Source of the DNA: Saccostrea echinata
Lineage: Eukaryota
Direction of reading: 5' to 3'
DNA length: 64,000 bases
Assembly (NCBI RefSeq): GCF_033153115.1
Contig: NW_026889758.1
Coordinates: 48,298,001-48,362,000 of the forward strand
The notes beneath the pieces are model-generated. The model saw nothing but the letters and a program-made list of their open reading frames with translations, ran no database searches and was not told the origin of the DNA. Shown here piece by piece: positions 35,601-46,459 of this stretch. The stretch's first letter is position 1. Each line of letters opens with the position of its first letter. The position numbers and the translations under genes are program-made.

Positions 35601-38600
35601 TGTTTGAAAGCAAAACCAACTCACCAGTATTGTCAGTCCATGCTCTGTGATGTGTACAGAGTTTAACAAATTGAACATACCCGTGAAACGTAAACTGTTT
35701 TTGTAAACAGGGCACAAGCTCTGTTATTGTTAATGTTTACGATTCACCAGGTGTGTTCAATTGTTAAACTCTGCACACACCACTGAGCACGGACTTGCAA
35801 TACTGTAAGTGGGTTTTGCTTTCGAACATTTCTACTCCGTATTTTCTGGGTTATAGTTTTAATATTTTTCATTAATACACAACAAAATTGCCACTTTTCT
35901 TAAGTAATAAGAATAAAATTGAAATATGTGAAAGTGCAAGGATGTGTCAATCCAACGCATCCAGAAATTCGAAGTTTTAATAACTTCAAGATGAAATAAG
36001 ATTTTTATTATATTTTAATATGAAATGCTATAGCAACATATGTCATGAAATTATACAGAAAATTTGAGAAAATATTAACTTCAAATCTGTGTCCAAGCAC
36101 CTTTAATTCGATCCTTTTTGAAATTTGGTATGAAAGTGCTGTATATAAATTCCAACATGAGAATTTGGAGCAGAGGAAATCAAAGGGAAATTAAATGTTG
36201 GGATGATTTAGTTAAAACCTTGTTTACTTAACAAACATTCAGTAAAGATATGCATGAAAGTAAATTTTTTCTAATTTTATACAGGTACCTTATCTTTGAT
36301 CTGCTTGTCAGAGTCTGTCACAAAAATGGATGTGGTGGGGTCACTTGCACTCATTTTGGTCTGTGCTCCCTGTAAAGCTGGGAAGAATGTGGAGTGGATC
36401 AAAGCTGGCTTCAGGCAGTTCATTCTTGGAGCTACATCTCTAGTCATTCTGAAGTAGGGGTCCTGAAGAAGGATTAAATGCATTTAACAAAGTTATATGT
36501 AATCGTGATACCACCATTTGAAATCAGTTTTCTCAGTACAGGGGGCAGTATTAAACTCTAAAACCAAGAAATCTGCAGTCATTTTCAAAAAAATCTTGGG
36601 ATTAATTTTCAATGTAAGAGAAAACTTACAATTTTGTTCCTTTTCAAAGAAATTTATGCAAACCTTACATCTTACCAATGGTAAAATTATTTTATGTCAT
36701 AATCTTACTCTCCTCTAAAGCATCTTTTATTCAGTAAGACAAAGAGGCTACTGGTACACCATAACAATCAACTCCTAACATTTGACGCATTGGAAGATTT
36801 TTTTTTCTCAACAAACCTGATCTATTGCACAAGGGATGAGACAGGGTATGTCAGATCTGCCATTAAAGATCTCTGGAAAGGAGGAGCTGAAGCTCGGAGA
36901 AGCTTGGATAGCGGGGAAACTTATCTTCCCAATGCAGTCACTGTCACCAAAACCAAAGATTCCCTTCACTTGATTGTAAGTCACCAGCTTCTGTACCCGG
37001 CACATGTTTCTGTAGAAAGCTGGACTATTCCTGGAAATTAAAGAATTCTGTGTATATGACAGTAACCTCAGACCATAATTTTACTGCAAGAATAATTTAC
37101 CATTTTAAATATTAATATTATTGCAATACATGTATTAGGCTTAACATTTATTGAAGTTCCTTATCATTTACCTTAAATATTCATACCATCAAGCAAAAAT
37201 CAACTTTTCATAAAGTGGAAGTACATATATTGACATTAATTTCTAAATGTTATAGTATTGCTTAATTGTGAAACATCGGGGCTTACGATATAAAGTCTAA
37301 ATCACTGAAAATGAATGTCTTCTCAATATCAAATCCACAGGCTATAATATCCTTTGCATTCTCAATGGCCATATGATTAGCCTGTTCAAGAGTAAGGTCC
37401 TTCCACAAGTATTTCTCATCATCTGTCAGCTGTATAACTAGTGGTACATCAAATGTGTCTTGCAACCACCTGTAATCAGGAATAGGTAGTAATCATTAGT
37501 AATTATGACATGTACATATACATATAGCCTGACATAGTCATTTATAGAGGTTTACTTTGAAAGATTAGTAAAACAAAAAAAAAAATTATGACAAAATCTA
37601 ATAGAAAAGCAATTTTTTTTTTAAGAAAGTACTACATGTAAATCATTACTTTTTCTAACAAATATTGTTTTCAGAAATAACCCTGGTGATCTCTTATTTT
37701 ACAAAATATGATCTGAATGTGATTTCTGAAGATTGCAATATTTTTTTACTTTGTTAAAATCATCTAATTTTTTTTTGCCTCAATATAAGCAGAGACTTAA
37801 ATAACAGAGATTCCCAACTGTTCGAAACTCACAATTTCTCAGAGGCTTATAGTTAACTTTTTTCAAACCTTGCACTGTTTTTAAAAATCACATAAATTCT
37901 TAAAATAATAAAGGAAAAGAAAGTAGAATCTTTTTTTTCATATCAACAAATTATTCGGAAAGTAGAATCTTTTTATTCATATCAACAAATTATTCGGAAT
38001 GACACTGTCATGATAGTGTAACCTGAAGTGGTCACCCATCCAAGTGTTATACAGGCTCGCCATTGCTAAACTTGCCTGAAATAGAGGGAAACTCTACCGA
38101 TCACTAAAAGAGCTAGCTGACTAGCGAGGCAGTATAAGTTCCCTATATACTGTCTGCTACAGTAGCTCAGTCGGTAGAGCGCTCGCTCCATAATCAGAAG
38201 GTTGCGGGATCAAATCCCAGCCTTAACTAAATATACATGTTATGTGGAGTTGCAAATCTCTGTTACAAAATTTATGTTTTTATAAAATATATGTCAAGTT
38301 GCTTTATATCAAATACATGTATCATTAAAGTTTAGTGCATATTAACTTCAATCTGATGAAAAAAATGTTGGGGAACTAAATATTTTGTAATAAATATGTT
38401 TACGTAATACATGTATTTCAATCAAAGTTACATAAAAACTGTTTCTTACTTGGTGAAGATAAATGGAATAAGATGACCCATATGCATTGCATCAGAGGAA
38501 GGCCCTCTTCCTGTATATAGATAGAAGGGCTTCTTTTGTTCATACATGTCTAGGATAGAGTGCATATCCCTGAAAATATACAAAAAATATTTTTAAAAAA

Positions 38601-41338
38601 CCCATTTTTTCATCACATCATAAATTAATTAAATAAAAAAGTACAACATATTTTGAAATACATTACAAATCATATTTACACAATTAAGGCTCCTATAAAC
38701 AACCAATATGATTAATCAGTTGAATAAATACGTTTCAGTAACTACAGTTGAACTTTGGTATCTGGAACATAATACAGTTAAACTTCGTTATCTCGAAGTT
38801 GAAGGGACCGTTGATGAACTTCGAGATATCCGGGGGTTCGACATATCGAGGATTATAATTCTAATGAACTTCAAATAAACTTAGTGCAGTGAACATACAC
38901 TTAATAGTAGAAACATGTCAAATTCCTTCTTGTTTGAAATTCTGTATACGATTTCTTTAATATACATGTACATGTAATTAGCATTAAAAACATTTTTGCA
39001 TCCTCTTTATAATTCACAAAATAAAAACTTTGTATAATATGTACAGAAGTATAATCCTTAAACCAACCCGGCAAGTCAACCGCTAGCATCGTTTACCATG
39101 TATACATAACCGGATATCGTCTATGCATTGTAAATTTAAAACCGGTCGCTGTCAGAATAACGCAAACGAAATATACATTTTTTTTATTGGAAAAACATGT
39201 TCATACATGTATAATCATTTAAATAAAATATTTTACCATAATAAAATCAAATGCAAAAGAAGAAACACGCACTTTTGTCTAACTACAGATGAACACTGAA
39301 TCACAGGACACTATAGCAGAAGCTTGCTCACATGATTGTGTAAATTCTGTGCGCTCATATAGGAAAAATAAATTCTTATTGCATTAATTACAGAATTTTG
39401 TTTCACTTTCATGTTTATAATTTTCGCTTTCATATGCATAAACTATGCAAGCGCGCATATTACACATAGCATTAAATAGTAATTATCAAGATAAACGTAC
39501 CCCAGCCACGAAAGAATTAACGTGTCATCCACGCGTATGCATAAGACTAATACACACAACCTTTGGCTTGCATAATTAAAATCAAGGTAAGCCATACATA
39601 CACCTCAAATAATTATCGCGCTATTATCTGTTGATCACAGGAACACAGGTAACCCGTGCGTGACAGATGGGTGGCTGTTGTCAATAGAGCGTTCAGTTTA
39701 CCTAACGGACTTGATCATCAGAGCGGAAAATTATCCTGACTTCGAGATAACGCATGTGATTTTAATGAATGGGTACACAATTTTACTTCGAGATAACCGG
39801 GGTATTCGACATTACCGTGTTCGAGATAGAGGGGTTTATTTTAATCATTTATAAAGCAAATTTCGTCGGGACCGCGGTCTTACTTCGATATATCCAGGGG
39901 ATTCGAGATATCCGTGTTCGAGATTTCGAAGTTTAGCTGTAGCTTAAATATCATGGATATGTCAAAGTGAGATTTGCAAGTCCCAGCAACTTTCTCTATG
40001 CATTTAAGCCTCAATATTTCAAACTCCCAGTTATCTTCAAGTTTTTCTTTGCCCAAATAAGTCCAAAATAATGATATTTGAGTGACTGCATTAATCGAAC
40101 AAACCTCTGAGAGAAGAACTTCCCCCTCCTGAGGAGATGGTGTACAGGCTTTCCTGTGACCCTCTCCATTCTCTCTATCAAGGCATCATCTATTTTGGTG
40201 CTTCCAAACCTTTCTGATGAAAATAATATAATTTTAAATTAAGAAGGTATAAACACAAATGAATAATAAGGTATAACATTACAATCAAATCTAAAGTGGA
40301 ACACACATTATGACAATATTATTGCAAATGCAAATAAATCATTAGGATTCCTTAAACGTAATCTGAAAATTTCAAATACAGAAGTAAAATCCAGAGCCTA
40401 TCAAGCAATAGTGTGCCCTAAAGTCAAGTATTGTTGTAGTGTTTGGGATCCACATACGACACTGTATAGACAAAAACTTGAAATGGTTCAAAGAAGGGCG
40501 GCTCGCTATGTACATAACAATTACCACAATACCAGTAGCGTTACAGACATGATTAGTACACTACAGTGGCCAACACTAGCTGAGCGACGCCTCAAAACCA
40601 GATTAATAATGTTTTACAAGATAGTTAATCAACTTGTTACTATACCCACAGACATACTCATACCTACAGATGCAAGAACCAGACAAAATCACACACAAAC
40701 ATACATACATTTACAATCAACAAAAGAAACATACAAATGGTCCTTTTTTCCACAAACTATAATACAATGGATTTGCTTCCCCAGTCTGTTGTCCAAGCCA
40801 CTAAAGTAGAAATTTTTAGAGAACAGCTAACCCCAGCTGTTCTCAACACTATCACGTAAAAAGTAACATTTCTTTTAATCACAAATGTAAATAAAAGCAG
40901 TTTTTTTTTTCTTTATATTAAGTTTGCTTAAGTCACGCATGCACACCAGCAAGTAATCTTCAGCGCTCTGAAGTTTTGTTGTAAATAGAAGAAGGAAGAA
41001 GAATACTAAAAATGTACATCACTTTTAATATACATGTAATAATTACTTTTAAATCAAAAATTCAAATGTTTTTATTAGATAAGTTGTGTATGTGTGTGTG
41101 TGGGGGGGGGGGATGCGTAAATATATTGATAAAACTCTTTTATATATTAATTTAAACATATTACAATAAATCCCAATCTTTATACAAAATGCCTACTTAT
41201 CAACTTGTCATAGTCCACCCCGGTTGCAGAGGTTGAAACCACTTCCCATGGATTCACGATGAAGTCGTCATCGCCAGTCCCTAATTTGTCTTCTTCTTTA
41301 ATTGACATATTCTCCATTTCTTGTGCTATATCAGTCAT
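32663..41338 (-). CDS. WARS1: Cytoplasmic tryptophanyl-tRNA synthetase. Exons: 41338-41197, 40213-40105, 38569-38450, 37469-37287, 37030-36817, 36462-36289, 33918-33778, 32884-32663
   Basis: [30 protein letters not shown] (HIGH motif), [30 protein letters not shown] (KMSKS motif), INKYAFSGG. Confidence 0.97.
33100..33726 (-). mobile_element. Degenerate HINE-like element in a WARS1 intron
   Basis: Same unit motifs as 17360-18303 (gagaagaagattttc, aattttgatggtttt, agaagaagctgaaaatgttcaaaag). Boundaries approximate. Confidence 0.45.
35325..36102. mobile_element. Foldback MITE with TTAA target duplication (Kolobok/piggyBac-type target)
   Basis: ttaa|aggtgcatagacacagatctgaacttaatattttctcaaattttctg ... 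cagaaaatttgagaaaatattaacttcaaatctgtgtccaagcacct|ttaa. The arms pair over most of the length. Confidence 0.8.
38007..38225 (+). pseudogene. Degenerate tRNA / tRNA-SINE head, interrupted by the 145-bp insertion
   Basis: gtcatgatag + ctcagtcggtagagcgctcgctccataatcagaaggttgcgggatcaaatcccag (A box and degenerate B box). Confidence 0.6.
38017..38161 (-). mobile_element. Putative solo LTR containing a 5S rRNA-derived internal promoter
   Basis: Ends TGTA...TACA, flanks ATAG/GTAG. Minus strand 38073-38030 reads AAGTTTAGCAATGGCGAGCCTGTATAACACTTGGATGGGTGACC, a 5S box A to box C segment. Confidence 0.6.
38775..39939. mobile_element. pogo/Tigger-like MITE with TA TSD, nested in an older related element
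   Basis: ta|cagttaaacttcgttatctcgaa ... ttcgagatttcgaagtttagctg|ta, with subterminal ttcgagata repeats. Confidence 0.8.
40270..41003 (+). mobile_element. 5'-truncated non-LTR retrotransposon (CR1/L2-group LINE, 3' end of ORF2) in WARS1 intron 1
   Basis: [61 protein letters not shown], then a 3' (gaa)n tail. Confidence 0.85.
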
Positions 41339-42246
41339 ATTTCCGCAATTTCACACCGTATGTTTGAAGGCTATACTTTTCACACGTGTTGCATCACGTA
41401 CTTTCAATTTCGAGACTGAAAATGGTTTGACTAATGCACGATATTGCTATTAATGATAGGTATAAAAGATTGATGAAATAAATAAGAATTCTGGCTGTGT
41501 GATTATTTACATTCTTATTATATATATTTTTTGTATTAAGCAGAAGAAATAAAATAATGAAATATCTTTCTTTTTTCCTTCAAAATAATTTTTACTAGTA
41601 TTAGCCTTCCCAGCATTCTGTGCGACCTTACAATATGTCTGCGCCCATGTTTTGTTGATGTTTTATCAAGCCGGTGCCCTGAGTATAGTTGTATATTGTT
41701 GTTTGGACTTATCCTTTTAAGAAATAGGTTCATGTAAGGTAACAAATGTTCTATGTTAGAGTTCCAGCAGGAGTACTGTAATTACTTCAAAAGATACACT
41801 AGTTTTGGTCCATTTTTTCTATAAGACTAGATTATTCTAAGATACACAATTCTGTTTATTGGTTTCTGATTTAGACAAACGGTGTTGCGATGGTTATTAA
41901 AAATAGAAATATCTTTGAAATTCTTTTAAAACGATACTCCTCCTCCTATAGTCTTGACTTAATGCACAAGTAGTCTGTACCAAGATACATAACTTAAAAA
42001 TTAATTCAAATTATGTTGTTCAGCAATATCATCTTCCTCTGAAAATATTTTTTAATCATGTTATTTAGTACATATAATGAAAATTAAAACCGTAAACTTT
42101 ATTTTTTAAAAATTACTCTCTGCAATACTGGAAATAGTTGCTCTCCTTAGCAATACTTGAAAGGGTTATTCCCCCTTTGTTGCTTCTCCTGTAAATAAAT
42201 ATATACCAGTATCTTGTATTAGCAGGGATTGAATCTCAATCTAGTA

Positions 42247-42433
42247 CAGTTGAACTAAATGAACTTTGGTATCTCAATCATCAATATCTTAAATACCATG
42301 GATATATCTAAGTAATTTAGAAGTCTCAACCACATATTCCTTTAGCATTTTACTCTTGATAGATCTTGAATCCTCGGATATCTCAAAGTTTTTTTCTTGG
42401 TCCCATGGAGTTTGAGATATCAAGGTTTGACTG
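42247..42433. mobile_element. Small degenerate pogo-like MITE
   Basis: tacagttgaact ... gtttgactgta. Confidence 0.5.
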
Positions 42434-43081
42434 TATTTCTAAATTTTTTGAGCATTGTAACAATTATGTTGCTAATTTACTCTGGTGTTCTGTCTTGCAT
42501 TGAAACAATATCAAGGCTGTAATAATATAATTTTCCACAAGAGATGTTTGAAAGTGTAAGCTTTCCAAAACACAACAAGTTTTAATACTGACATTTGACT
42601 AAAACTGTCTATTGAATTCATCAGCCAATTTTTGATTTATTTTGGAATATGGTGGAAAAAAGGAAAGAAAACATTGTGTCATTCTGAACTACTATAGTAA
42701 CTCCTAGCAAAGCTACATGTAAGGCTGGTAGATGTGCTACTGTTACCTTGTGTAAAGAATACTAGCTTTGAACAAATGATAACTGTAGGAGCAAGTAAAA
42801 TGTAAAATGTCACCTCCTATGAAAAAGGACACACAGTAAACTGCAAATTTACAATATATGTAAAGGCACAATAGGATCATATCAATAATATCAATACTTG
42901 CATTCCCTCCCCTTAAAAAAAATCTAGTTTTTAATGTTTTGTTGTGCATAGAAATTTTAGAAAGCATCATACTTAAAGGTAAATATGTGTTATAATCAGA
43001 AGGAATAGATAAGGCCATCATTAAAAAATTGTTTGGTTGTCCCCTTCCAACCAACTGGCTAAATTGACCCAACTCAAAACT

Positions 43082-44380
43082 TTTTTTAGCTCACTTTGTC
43101 AAAGTTAAGATGAGCTTATGCTATACCCCCCCGGCATTGGCATCAGTGTCCCGGTTAAAGTTTATTCCCAAGTATCGGTAAGCCCTACCTGGACCAAACT
43201 TGGATGGTGCATCTAGGGATGGACACTTATACACTTGCTTAGGATGCTGGATCTTGCCCACATTTTCCAGATGAGTGACCAGGTTAAAGTTTTTTGAGCA
43301 GTTTCATTCCCAAGGAACTATAAGACCTACCTGGATAAAACTTGTATGGATGAAGCATCTAGGGATGGACACTACCAGACTTGCTTTGGATGCTGGGTCT
43401 GACCTTTATTTTCCAGTTGAGTGACCAGGTTCGTTTTTTGAGCAGGTCCATTCCCAAGTAACTATAAGCCCTACCAGGACCAAACTTGCATGGATGATGC
43501 ATCTAGGGATGAACACTACCAGACTTGCTTTCGGATACGGGTCTGACGTATATTTTCCAGATGAGTAACCAGGTTAAAATTTTTGGAGCAGGTCCATTCC
43601 CAAGTACCTACAAGCCCTACCTTGATAAAACTTGCTTGGATCATGCATCTAGTGATGGGAACACAAACCAATCTGCTTCGGATGCTGGATCTGACCTACA
43701 TTTTGAAGATGAGTGACAAGGTTAAAGTTTTTGGAGCAGGTCCATTCCAAAGGAACTATAAGACCTACCTGGACCAAACTTGTATGGATAATGCAGGGTG
43801 AGCACTACCAGACTTTCTTCAGATGCTGGATCTGACCTACTTTTTCCTGATGAATGATCAGAATAAAATTTTTGGTGCAGGTCCATTCCCAAGTAACTTT
43901 AAGACCTTTCTGAACCAAATTTACATGGTGCATCAATCTAGGGATGCACACTACCTAATCTGCTTCAGATGCTGAGTGAATATTTGCCCTACATGGCATG
44001 GATGATGTATCTAGAAATGGACACTAACAGACTTGCTTCCAATACATCTGACCTAACAGTGTATTTTCCAAATGACTAACCAGGGTATTGTTTTTGGAGT
44101 AGCTCTGTATATGGCCTGTTATTAAGGGACTTGCATGGATGATGCATCAAGGGATGGACATTACTAGACTTGTTTCGGATGTTGGAACTAACCTATAATT
44201 TATGGATGAGTGAACAGATAAAAGTTTTTGGAGCAGGTCCATTCCCAAGTAAGTATATGTCCTACTTAAATCAAACTTTTTTAACTTGCATGGATATTGC
44301 TATCAGGATGCACACAAACTAGAAAAAAATTTGTTGTGAGATTTCCCTTACTTATGGATATCATCAAGGTGAGCTTCATA
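43082..44380 (+). mobile_element. HINE-type element with ~120-bp central tandem repeats, between WARS1 and WDR25
   Basis: ttttagctcactttgtcaaagttaagatgagcttatgc head, repeated gatgcatctagggatggacactaccagacttgcttcggatgctggatctgacc units, end tcaaggtgagctt. Confidence 0.7.
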
Positions 44381-45169
44381 ATCTTTGATTACCTATGTTT
44401 TTAACCTCCAGGAAACAATATTTTTTTATGCATTCAAGAAAACAGATTTTGAAAATTCAGCATTGATGTTAAAATTTTCTTGGGGAAAAAATTTCCCACT
44501 TACCTACAGACCCAATGTTTTCATCCTTAGTCAGGAGAGGGAAAACAAACATTATTTTAAAGTTGGCCAAAGGTAACTTTGTAAATGCCTGTGTCATTCA
44601 GACAATTATAGAATTTATTTTGTCGAAGGGATTACAAAAGATGATGAAAAAATTTACATTTTGCTGAATAGATATGTTTGAGGTCATTTATTATGGTAGA
44701 TCTATTTTTGCCGATCTTTATGTTTTAGTATTTTCTTTAAGATATGCATGATAGAGGTATTAAAAAATATGTCATATACTTTTAGTTAGGAAATTTTTTT
44801 TATCCTTATGTAGGTAAACTTTGCTAAATTGGTCATTTATGGAAATGTCCATATTTCAAATAGCACATATTTTGGGTGGGCAAAAAATAAAAATATGTCT
44901 AAAATTTAGACTATTGGGTGAAAAAATTAACACATTTTAATTTGATTAGCACAGATTTTTCTATTGTCTTTTAAAGATATACACGCTATAACTTGCGTCA
45001 CTTAAAAATAAAGTTGGAAATTTATTTATTTCGTTTACCAAATAAAGTTACGAAAATATTGTAAATTACACAATTGGAAATGAACGCTTTATAAAGATCT
45101 CAAATTATAATTATTTATTATCCTACTAGGAAAATAATGCCTCTTTTTAAATTTCATGCATCATGTGAC

Positions 45170-45219
45170 ACCGTCGCTACTTTTAGATTGATAAACAAAA
45201 ATGGCGTCAAGAAAATGAG
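45170..45219 (+). promoter_or_regulatory. Candidate 5' non-coding exon/promoter of WDR25 with a YY1-like motif
   Basis: aaaatggcgtc followed by donor gag|gtagg; locally CpG-enriched. The next exon's acceptor is at 46449-46450. Confidence 0.4.
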
Positions 45220-46459
45220 GTAGGCCGTTTGGTATACAAAATAACTTTTGATATGGATGGCATACATTTTATGCTTAAAGATACTTATCTTTGAAAACAA
45301 CCAGTATTAACCATCTACTCTGTAATGACAGATATTAACTTTTATTCAAAATCATAGTCAAAATGCAACATACCTCGTTGTCTATGATTTCCCGCGGACA
45401 TGCGTGTCTATATACTGTTTACGCACTTCCTTCATCAATATTCATGAATAGGCTGAATTTTTAATTGCAGATCTTGCTTATTTGTTTTGTTATTACAATA
45501 ACTTATTTAGTAAAACTTTGTGGAAAGTAATTATTTTTAATTACATATCATGTTTCTCTAATCATTTAATCACTTTGTTTCACATAAAAAATCGCATTTA
45601 TATAGCGTGTATATCTTTAAATGGTAATTTTCATGAACAAATGGCCTAAAATTGATTGTTTTAAAGATTACACAAATTCTATGTTTTGAGGTCAATTATC
45701 ATGGTAGGTAATTTTTCCGAGCATGTTGTTTTAGTATTTTTTTTAAACCTATGATGGAGGTTTCAAATATAATAGGAATATGAAAAACAATGACATATCT
45801 TAAGAGATACATGTATATTACTCAGAATTTAGGCAAAATTTGCTAATTCGGCCATTTATGGAAATTCCTTATTTCAGGTGGTCCATTGGGGGTGGGGGTG
45901 GGGGCCAACAAATTAAGATTTCATTGTTAGATTTTTTGTGTTAAAAAATTATATATTCTAATTATATTAGCACAGATTTTCCACTCATCTTCTGAAACTG
46001 TAGTAATTTTTATGAAAAAAATTACCTAAATTGATTTTTTTAAAGATCAAATATGAGGTCTGATAGCAAAATGATAGGTGGCACTTCATATGACACCACA
46101 CCTTCAAATATCAAAAATTATTTTGTATTCGGAATTCTTATGCCTAGTATCAATATGTATGTTATTTATGTAAAATATCAATGATTTTGCTGAAATATAT
46201 GCTTGTGGACAGTTTTGCATGATTTTATCTGAGACAAGTTCTTCAGATGTACCAGTTTGCACAGCCAGTTGTTTACAATATGTAGGCCTTTTTCGGAGTA
46301 ATTTGTGTGATGATTGCTATTTGCTATAGTGTCTTCATTGCAATTTCAGACATAGACAATGAATTAGCTAAATCCTTTGTTTAAGTTGTACTGTCAGTAA
46401 TATTTATCATTTTAAGTAATGTAAAACTTTTTATATATTTGTATTTTTAGAATAATTCA

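Noticed and set aside
38030-38073. 5S rRNA gene
   Set aside because: Only the internal 44-nt control region is similar; the 5' and 3' helices of 5S are missing.
41197-41338. Missing WHEP domain in TrpRS as a novelty
   Set aside because: WHEP on TrpRS is a vertebrate/chordate addition, so its absence is expected in an invertebrate.
43525-43801. Short ORFs between WARS1 and WDR25
   Set aside because: They lie inside the tandem central repeats of a HINE element.
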